Source: a virus. Taken from it: 64,000 nucleotides of DNA. The stretch spans positions 1-64,000 of IMG/VR virus record IMGVR_UViG_3300011113_000621. One strand, 5' to 3'. Within the stretch, counting starts at the first letter, position 1, and the number at the start of each line of letters is the position of its first letter. The translations under genes were made by a program, and so were the position numbers. The notes under the pieces are model-generated. The model was not told the origin of the DNA. It searched no databases and worked only from the letters and a program-made list of their open reading frames with translations. Below, one piece after another: positions 58,010 to 64,000 of the stretch.

Positions 58010-59431
58010 TTATCGTACACGAAACCCGCCTTTTCCTCCGCGAAAGGAGGGAAGCTTACGATGAGCAAGAGACTTTGCAGTTATATGTCCGCCAAGGAAT
58101 CCTGCAGGAGGCTTAATGAGAAGCGCTGTTAATGCGTGAACAAGTGCATCAACACGGTCTGGAGATCTTGATGTTTCACCAGGAATCCAACTTGTCATCT
58201 GACTTTCAAGCTCAGGAAGATAGTTTATGTGATGAACACGATTTTGCTCGTAGGCAAGGGTCACAGGCTCCGCGCGTAGTGCCTTGCCATACTTTGAGTG
58301 AACCTCTAATACCTTTACGTTTGGATCAATTGTATTTATTGCATTGCGAACTAAGGCGCCACCTTGATTTACTTCCGCTACGACAGGGCAACCCCACTTG
58401 CGTGCCATTTGCACAACCTTGTTTGCCCAAATATCAGGAGAACCATGAACTGTCGCATCCTCAAGGATCCAGGAGTTGCGCTTATATAAGTCGCGCTCGC
58501 CTGTTGATGCGCAAACAACAATTCCACACTCGTCGCGAGGATTCTCTGCAACCGATGGGTCAACGCCAATTACACGTAGTGGAGCTCCAATTGGAAGTTG
58601 CGTTTCACGACCGCGATCTATAAGTTCAATTGTCCAGAGAGCTCCTTCAATATCTGAAAGCATCTCTCCGTAGAGTTCCTGTTGTGCAAGACGCGTTCCT
58701 TCATATACACCCATAATTGCACTTATATATGACTCAGATAGGTTTCCACGGTTGTCCATGGTTGAGCCTTTGGTAATAATCACCTTGTCTGGCTGCTTCT
58801 TACTTTCATTTATAAGTTGATATAGAAGTGGAACTCGCTTAGGTGTCGTCGTGATTAAGATCTTTGGCTTTAGTCCAAGACGTGTACCAACGCGTAAGTT
58901 ATCAAACGCGGTCATACCCGCCGCGTCGGGAGTTTGACGCCAGGCGGCAACCTCATCACCCCAGGCATGCGTAAATTGAGGACCGCGAAGCGAGTCAGGC
59001 TCATCGGCTGTAAAGAGAGTTGCGGTGTTTCCATTAGGCCAAGTAAGACGACGCTTTGAAGGTTCGTAGTGTGGGCGCTCGCTTGGTGGCGTGATATTTA
59101 TGATTCCTGATTCGCCTTCTACGATAACGTCACGAACGTCTGCGGCGGTACGCGCAACGAGCGCAAAGCGAAGTTGTCCTTTATTCGTGTACCTTGCTTG
59201 TTCTCTTACCCACTCTGCGGCAAGTCTTGTCTTACCAAAACCGCGACCTGCAAGTACAAGCCAGATGTTCCAGTCATCGCCTGGCGGAGCCTGCTGCTCA
59301 GGACGGCCCCAAAACGACCAGTCCCAAGGAAGGATCTCTTGATCAAGTCCACTTAATATCGCATCACGTTCCTCCTCGGAAAGTATTGCGATTTGCTCGG
59401 CGATGCTTTTGCCCATGTACAAATAGTACAA
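58010..59431 (-). CDS. terL: Terminase large subunit (likely start MGKSIA, about 15 nt downstream of the listed start)
   Basis: AGRGFGKT, LRGPQ, WGDE, TTTP, nuclease IGVDP...DE.GI, E.NQGG, SPDR.DA. Confidence 0.93.
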   Translation of the reverse strand: MYYLYMGKSIAEQIAILSEEERDAILSGLDQEILPWDWSFWGRPEQQAPPGDDWNIWLVLAGRGFGKTRLAAEWVREQARYTNKGQLRFALVARTAADVRDVIVEGESGIINITPPSERPHYEPSKRRLTWPNGNTATLFTADEPDSLRGPQFTHAWGDEVAAWRQTPDAAGMTAFDNLRVGTRLGLKPKILITTTPKRVPLLYQLINESKKQPDKVIITKGSTMDNRGNLSESYISAIMGVYEGTRLAQQELYGEMLSDIEGALWTIELIDRGRETQLPIGAPLRVIGVDPSVAENPRDECGIVVCASTGERDLYKRNSWILEDATVHGSPDIWANKVVQMARKWGCPVVAEVNQGGALVRNAINTIDPNVKVLEVHSKYGKALRAEPVTLAYEQNRVHHINYLPELESQMTSWIPGETSRSPDRVDALVHALTALLIKPPAGFLGGHITAKSLAHRKLPSFRGGKGGFRVR

Positions 59432-59680
59432 TAAGATGCGCTCGTTGATTTGTGTACAAAAGCGCAGATGCAGTACCTTAAGGTTAATTGCCTTGGACGT
59501 GAGAAAGCGCCCTGCATTACGGGAGCGCTTTCCTAAAGTGTCTCCAACATTTTTTACAATTCTTCATATTTTTCTGTTTTTTGTCAAGAGCATAAGGCAT
59601 TGCCTCTACAAAAAATTATTTTGTAGATTGTTGCAAAGGTATGGTTGCTTGCTTATTAGTTATTTGTCTTAGAAATACTT

Positions 59681-59711
59681 CAGGCTAGCACCTTTGTAAG
59701 ATGCTAGCCTG
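59681..59711 (-). terminator. Stem-loop after the peptidoglycan-binding protein gene
   Basis: caggctagca / tgctagcctg perfect 10-bp arms. Confidence 0.55.
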
Positions 59712-59728
59712 TGACTAGTAGATGTATG

Positions 59729-60241
59729 TTAGTTCAAGTTAATCTCTACGTTGTTGTCGCCTTCAAACAACTTAGTGAAGGTGTCAGCGTCAACGTTGCC
59801 AGTTGCATTAAGTCCCTTGTCAACCTGGAACTTAGTGATTGCTAGTTTTGTAAGATCACCTAGCCAGCCATCACGATCTGCGTATGCTTCGTTGTAGCCA
59901 AGCTCAACGAGGCGGCGTTGTACGTGATGAACGGTTAAGCTCTTACGTGCGAACTTGTTCTTGTAGACGCAGTTGCTGAGGAACACTGAGTCCTTTTCAC
60001 CTGAGGAGACAACGTGGCGTGAACTTGCCTTAGGCTTATCAACCTTTGGTTGTTCAATAACTTCTACCGCAACCGCAGGTTCAGGCTGTGGTTCTGGTGT
60101 TGGTTCAGGTTCAGGAACTACAACTACAACAGGTTCAGGTTCAGGTTCAGGTACTACTTCTACTGGAGACTCTACCTCAACAGGAGCTGGTGCCGCAGCA
60201 TCAACTTCTAGCTCAGTAGGTTGAATGTTTTCTTCGCTCAT
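59729..60241 (-). CDS. Peptidoglycan-binding (PG_binding_1) protein with Pro/Glu-rich N-terminus
   Basis: V..VQRRL.ELGY.....DG.LG.LT..AI.KFQ...GL..TG.VD..T. Confidence 0.75.
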   Translation of the reverse strand: MSEENIQPTELEVDAAAPAPVEVESPVEVVPEPEPEPVVVVVPEPEPTPEPQPEPAVAVEVIEQPKVDKPKASSRHVVSSGEKDSVFLSNCVYKNKFARKSLTVHHVQRRLVELGYNEAYADRDGWLGDLTKLAITKFQVDKGLNATGNVDADTFTKLFEGDNNVEINLN

Positions 60242-60267
60242 GGATTTAATATAATCCTATCTCGTGA

Positions 60268-60831
60268 CTATGACTTGGGGAACAGTGGCAGCCATTTGGT
60301 TATTGAAGGCTCCTCCGCACTACCATCATAGGCATTTGGTCCTAGTCCCCATGAGCCCCAGTCAGTTCCACCCTTTGTCATGTGGAATGTAATCTTTGCA
60401 TTAGTTACTGGGTCAAACAGGTCTGCGTTAGCCGCAAGGTTATATTTCTCACGACGGTCTGCACCAAGGCTTCCAATCATGTTAACTTGGAATATGCCAT
60501 ATGAGTTGTCGCCTGTTCTCACATTGTCATTGTGAGCTATAGGTCGACCATTACTCTCCCGCATGGCAACTGCCCATGCTAGCTTTAGGGCTTGGCCCTT
60601 GAAGCCTACTGCACGAAGTAGCTCTACGAGCTCGTCCTGCTTTAGCTTCCTTGCGCCCTCTAATCTTTCAAGAGGGTTTCCCTTTACAAGCTCATGTTTA
60701 TGAGCTGGTATTGGTGTTTGTATGTATTGTACCGCCGCATTGGACGACATGGTCGTCACCGCGAAGATACCAATTGTCAGTGCTGTTATATAGGCTACGG
60801 ACGTCATTGCTAGTCCACGTAATGTGAGCAA
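60268..60831 (-). CDS. Secreted lysozyme-like / lytic transglycosylase
   Basis: Hydrophobic signal/anchor; AVAMRESNG (catalytic Glu), SYGIFQVN, LFDPVTNA, W..W; AGAAGGAGG RBS. Confidence 0.8.
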   Translation of the reverse strand: MLTLRGLAMTSVAYITALTIGIFAVTTMSSNAAVQYIQTPIPAHKHELVKGNPLERLEGARKLKQDELVELLRAVGFKGQALKLAWAVAMRESNGRPIAHNDNVRTGDNSYGIFQVNMIGSLGADRREKYNLAANADLFDPVTNAKITFHMTKGGTDWGSWGLGPNAYDGSAEEPSITKWLPLFPKS

Positions 60832-61011
60832 CGCTAGTTCGCCTCCTTCTTAGGTTAGGGATGGGATAACTCAATGCAGCCACCGCATTAAGCTTCTTGC
60901 TACCCTGCAGCTTCTCAGATTTATGTCTGTCCTCTACCACTTGCACAGGGTTGGAGATATTAAGGGGCGTTAATAAAATAAACGTACCTCCGTCTCTCCG
61001 TATTGAACTTA
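60832..61011 (-). ncRNA. Candidate structured 5' leader upstream of the transglycosylase
   Basis: About 180 nt of non-coding sequence after a TGGTATAGT -10 element, with several nested hairpins. Confidence 0.4.
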
Positions 61012-61063
61012 CTGGTAAACTATACCATAATGAAAGTAAAACTTTACCTAAAAGTAGGCAGTT

Positions 61064-61261
61064 TTACTTATTTTTATTCTTGGCCTTTTCTTCCTCGGCC
61101 TTTAGCATTTGAGCCTCGATTTTAAGAAGAAGAGGAGTAAATGCTCTCACTAGTAATTCAACGTCTCCTTGAGATTTTGCCTCGTGACGTTTCATACGAC
61201 GGACACCTTTTTGCGCCGCGGTAATGAGTGGGCTGTCATGTACTATTCCGTAGAGTGGCAC
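61064..61261 (-). CDS. Small basic protein (likely GTG start at 61261)
   Basis: TGATATAAT promoter at 61293-61301 and GAGGAGG RBS favour a start inside the listed ORF. Confidence 0.5.
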   Translation of the reverse strand: MPLYGIVHDSPLITAAQKGVRRMKRHEAKSQGDVELLVRAFTPLLLKIEAQMLKAEEEKAKNKNK

Positions 61262-61367
61262 TATGACCACCTCCTCTCGTTCTGATGGGTTAATTATATC
61301 ATCAGAAGGGGGGTCTTGTAAACCCCCCTCGAGAGGAGGCTGGTACCAACTCATAGGTAAGCCTACC

Positions 61368-61520
61368 TTAGCCCCTTTGGGACAGGCAGGCCATTGCGAC
61401 CGAGGTTAACCCTAGGGCTAGGACCAACGTGCCTTTAGAAGGGTCCAGAAGGGCAGTAAGAACCGCCAGAACAGAGCTGGCGGCTGATACCACGGCTGGC
61501 CACACGATATTGCGCAACAC
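61368..61520 (-). CDS. 50-aa two-helix membrane protein (absent from the ORF track)
   Basis: Translated by hand: MLRNIVWPAVVSAASSVLAVLTALLDPSKGTLVLALGLTSVAMACLSQRG. Confidence 0.5.
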   Translation of the reverse strand: MLRNIVWPAVVSAASSVLAVLTALLDPSKGTLVLALGLTSVAMACLSQRG

Positions 61521-61532
61521 GGGGTCTAGACC

Positions 61533-61712
61533 TTACTTGCTCTTTCGGGTCTTACCCTTAAGGCGATCTGAGGTGTTACGGATTGGGGTGCCTGAGTCTG
61601 CGATGAGCTTACGAGCCTTACCGTATGTAATGCCAAGCTCCTGGGCTACCTCAACTACGGACTTGCCAGCTGTATAAAGTGCAGCTGCCTGTTGTGATGA
61701 CGCTGTTGTCAT
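61533..61712 (-). CDS. Small helix-turn-helix DNA-binding protein
   Basis: AAAGGA RBS before ATG 61712; LYTAGKSVVEVAQELGITYGKARKLI..SG..IR. Confidence 0.75.
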   Translation of the reverse strand: MTTASSQQAAALYTAGKSVVEVAQELGITYGKARKLIADSGTPIRNTSDRLKGKTRKSK

Positions 61713-61828
61713 TTGTTTTCCTTTTCTCGTTCTCGTTTTTTCCTGTTTGTTTTTATTACCTTCGAGTGATAGTAATAAGACTCGCGACCGATCGATCAGA
61801 TCGCGTGCCTCGTTGAGCAGACTACTGC

Positions 61829-62281
61829 TCAAGATTTATTTTTCTTTTCTGGTTTTGGAGGAACCTTCCCATGCTTATTACATAGCATCTTTCCTCCCCA
61901 TGCGCTACGAGGTTTGACGTTTAGATCACAGTCAGTTCCATATCCTGCCGCATAGCAACGAACTCTGTCCTTGACAAGAATCGCATTGTTAATGGCAGCA
62001 ATTGCGCGTTTGACAACTGAGTTGTTAATGACAAATCCATTATCCTTATGACAGCTCCAACACAGGTATTCATTTCTTCGATGTGCTGGATCTCTAAGTG
62101 CGTTGGGCGCACCGCAGTTATCGCAATGTTGAATGTTCTTTCGAGTGAATACGATGTTGCGATAATCTGATGCACAAATCAACTTGTCATCAAGTTCATA
62201 GACGAGTACGTTTGTGTCACCGCACGAGGAACAGGTGTCATAAACGTAAATCTGTTCTCGTTGAACAGTACCTCTTGTCAT
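61829..62281 (-). CDS. Multi-CxxC zinc-finger protein
   Basis: CSSC, CDNC, CWSC, C..H; GGAGG RBS. Confidence 0.6.
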   Translation of the reverse strand: MTRGTVQREQIYVYDTCSSCGDTNVLVYELDDKLICASDYRNIVFTRKNIQHCDNCGAPNALRDPAHRRNEYLCWSCHKDNGFVINNSVVKRAIAAINNAILVKDRVRCYAAGYGTDCDLNVKPRSAWGGKMLCNKHGKVPPKPEKKNKS

Positions 62282-62337
62282 TGATCCTCCGTAATCGTCC
62301 TTAGGAAAACTATAATCCTTTTATCTGAACTTGTAAA

Positions 62338-62607
62338 CTATTCCTTAGGGTGAACTACTCCAAGCAAGGGAGTTGCCGCAGCCTTGACGAATTGCTTTTC
62401 AGCCATGTGGTCATAGGTAGATGCGATTAGTATTGAAGGAAGACAGAAGGCAATGAGGCCAGTCATTGCTGCAAAGAAATGAGTCCAGGTTCCTCCAATT
62501 GAAAGTGCAATCATTGAGATTGCCCATATTCCGGAGAGTACCTTAAGTGAGAAGGAGATGCGACGGTATTGAAAACCGCGTCTGCGAATTTCTTTTACTG
62601 ATTGCAT
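62338..62607 (-). CDS. Two-TM membrane protein
   Basis: Two hydrophobic segments; AAAGGA RBS. Confidence 0.6.
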   Translation of the reverse strand: MQSVKEIRRRGFQYRRISFSLKVLSGIWAISMIALSIGGTWTHFFAAMTGLIAFCLPSILIASTYDHMAEKQFVKAAATPLLGVVHPKE

Positions 62608-62642
62608 GGAGAAGTCCTTTCGTCATTCTGTAAGGTATTTCC

Positions 62643-62798
62643 TTACAGTGTTGCTATTCCTATGATTGTGCATAGTGCAATTGCAATAATTGCTGGAAGT
62701 GGAGCTGCATCTGGCAAGTTGTCACTTAGCCAATCAGTGATGTTTCCAAAGAAATCTACTGTTGAATCCATTGCGTCTCCAAAGAAGTCCATAATCAT
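62643..62798 (-). CDS. 51-aa single-TM protein (absent from the ORF track)
   Basis: MIMDFFGDAMDSTVDFFGNITDWLSDNLPDAAPLPAIIAIALCTIIGIATL; own promoter (62842-62852) and AAAGGG RBS. Confidence 0.6.
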   Translation of the reverse strand: MIMDFFGDAMDSTVDFFGNITDWLSDNLPDAAPLPAIIAIALCTIIGIATL

Positions 62799-62841
62799 TT
62801 TAGTCCCTTTCGTCGTTACCCAGGTTCCTGGGCATAGGATA

Positions 62842-62852
62842 ATTATATCAGG
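62842..62852 (-). promoter_or_regulatory. Extended -10 promoter CCTGATATAAT
   Basis: Intergenic repeat of the same motif. Confidence 0.6.
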
Positions 62853-62870
62853 AAGGTCCCAGAAATTGGG

Positions 62871-63425
62871 TTAAAACCCAAATTTCTTTCTACATTCCGG
62901 TCCAAGCTGGAGGCTACGGCTGGTTGGGTCTGTGAGCTCCGCGCCGCATGACCCACAGCAAGAGTAGTGGACGCCAAAGAGCTTGGCGTACCCATATTGG
63001 TTGGACTTGATGACTCCAACAAGGTCAAGGACGTCCTGAACAGAAAGCTTGTGGCGTGTAAACCCACCAAGGCTTCCGGTGAGTCGGCGCATGTAAAGAG
63101 TACTCATAAACTCACGTACCTCAACGAAAAGGAGGTCGCCATGAATCTCGAAATCGAGGTCAAGGTGACTTAGGTCCGCAACAGGAATGGCGTACTTAGA
63201 CTTTTGAATGGTAGCCAATGGGACTTGGGTTGGGTTTACGCGAGGAGCCTTAGGAAGCTTAGGGAGGGCTAGCAGCCGCTTGATTAGATCTGATGCTTGA
63301 AGCTTATTTAACATCGGTAGGTTTTCGCGAAGCTCATCAGCCTCACCTGTTTCAATATCACGTTCTTTGAGAAGGCCAAGGATAAAATCAACCTGCTTCT
63401 CTGATGGTCCGATTAGTGTCGTCAT
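62871..63425 (-). CDS. DUF6011-like Zn-finger protein
   Basis: SEKQ N-terminus; C..CG..LTDP.S...GPEC C-terminus. Confidence 0.7.
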   Translation of the reverse strand: MTTLIGPSEKQVDFILGLLKERDIETGEADELRENLPMLNKLQASDLIKRLLALPKLPKAPRVNPTQVPLATIQKSKYAIPVADLSHLDLDFEIHGDLLFVEVREFMSTLYMRRLTGSLGGFTRHKLSVQDVLDLVGVIKSNQYGYAKLFGVHYSCCGSCGAELTDPTSRSLQLGPECRKKFGF

Positions 63426-63452
63426 TTTGGCTCCTTTCCTGAGCTTGGTACT

Positions 63453-63463
63453 ATTATATCAGG
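63453..63463 (-). promoter_or_regulatory. Extended -10 promoter CCTGATATAAT
   Basis: Intergenic, 28 nt before the ATG at 63425. Confidence 0.6.
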
Positions 63464-63471
63464 TAGGTCAG

Positions 63472-63513
63472 GAAAATAAAGGAAGCCAGGCGGGAATGGG
63501 ACCACCTGGCTTC
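63472..63513 (-). terminator. Rho-independent terminator
   Basis: gaagccaggtgg-loop-ccgcctggcttc followed by ctttatttt on the minus strand. Confidence 0.75.
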
Positions 63514-63599
63514 TTGGAAAGGGTGTCTACAACCTGAACGGATTGGAGGTACGTCCAGGGAGACCCTTGGCATAAGGTATGAACGGACCTTTACCAAGT
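63472..63599 (-). ncRNA. Candidate ~128-nt small RNA (promoter, two hairpins, intrinsic terminator)
   Basis: TGATATAAT at 63606-63614; three consecutive stem-loops, the last followed by CUUUAUUUU. Confidence 0.55.
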
Positions 63600-63611
63600 A
63601 GGACAATTATA

Positions 63612-64000
63612 TCATGCCCAGGAGAATAAACGAACCTCTTCATAGACCGTACCTACGACCTGACTCCAAATCTGTGGCGTGTGGTCAAACGGCTGATACC
63701 CACCGGCTCCTCCGATTAGGACTCGGCCTTGAGAATAGGTGTTGGCAATTTGGCCTACGACCTTAGCCGCATACTCATATCCAGGGTAATCGAAGTTAAG
63801 TGTTGACAACGGATCTGAAATGTGAGCATCAGCTCCAGTAGCTAACAGCACAACATCTGGTTGGATCTTGTGTGACAGCTCTGCAACTTGATCTACCGCA
63901 TCACGAAATACGTCATCACCGGAGCCTGGATCTAACGCCCAGTTATAAATACCGAACGAAGGTATATGCCCATCAAGACCTGTGCCTGGAAAAATTGCAG
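63612..64000 (-). CDS. Histone deacetylase / AcuC-family deacetylase, C-terminal part (5'-truncated by the window edge)
   Basis: Frame open from the window end: IFPGTG...N.AL.PGSGD...QPDVV..ATGADAH..DPL...GGAGGY. Confidence 0.85.
   Translation of the reverse strand, partial: AIFPGTGLDGHIPSFGIYNWALDPGSGDDVFRDAVDQVAELSHKIQPDVVLLATGADAHISDPLSTLNFDYPGYEYAAKVVGQIANTYSQGRVLIGGAGGYQPFDHTPQIWSQVVGTVYEEVRLFSWA

Noticed and set aside
60075-60155. GGTTCA tandem repeats
   Set aside because: They encode a Pro-Glu linker.
60832-61011. Known riboswitch or ribozyme (c-di-AMP, lysine, SAM, hammerhead)
   Set aside because: Only fragments match (GGTAGAGG; CTGAGAA is not CUGANGA). No full consensus is recognisable, so it is kept as an unknown leader.
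1-64000. tRNA genes, reverse transcriptase/DGR, introns or inteins, stop-codon recoding
   Set aside because: None recognised by eye. Core genes are intact and of normal length under the standard code. A tRNAscan/Infernal run would be needed to exclude RNA genes fully.

Overview
The window is a gene-dense piece of a tailed dsDNA phage genome (siphovirus-type morphogenesis module). The host is almost certainly actinobacterial, given WhiB, an MSMEG_6728-like glycosylase, DUF1360 next to the portal, and an actinophage-style capsid and protease. The modest GC content (mid-40s % by eye) points to low-GC freshwater Actinomycetota, which is an inference. All genes except the first ~3.6 kb are on the minus strand. 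Read right to left they are: small early/regulatory genes and a partial HDAC-family deacetylase; a secreted transglycosylase and a peptidoglycan-binding protein; terminase and portal; a very large modular head-protein region (440, 2498, 316 and 1584 aa); capsid and tail genes with a -1 frameshifted chaperone; then a replication and DNA-modification cluster. The most notable element is this cluster (3.6-22 kb). It holds a dCMP-type thymidylate-synthase homolog, a dNMP kinase fused to a UDG-fold domain, a dCMP deaminase, a dCTPase/dUTPase-like hydrolase, two T4 beta-glucosyltransferase-like paralogs, a three-enzyme N-acetyl-3-aminosugar pathway, and a C5-cytosine 'methyltransferase' with a degenerate SAM motif I and a natural Asn-to-Lys change in motif X. 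Together these suggest an undescribed cytosine hypermodification. Other candidates are a head-packaged effector polyprotein (GNAT + HipA/PI-kinase-like + sigma-4 HTH), a recurrent putative protease-cleavage motif, a three-hairpin small RNA with an anti-SD loop, and a structured 5' leader. All family calls come from motifs recognised by eye; no database searches were run.
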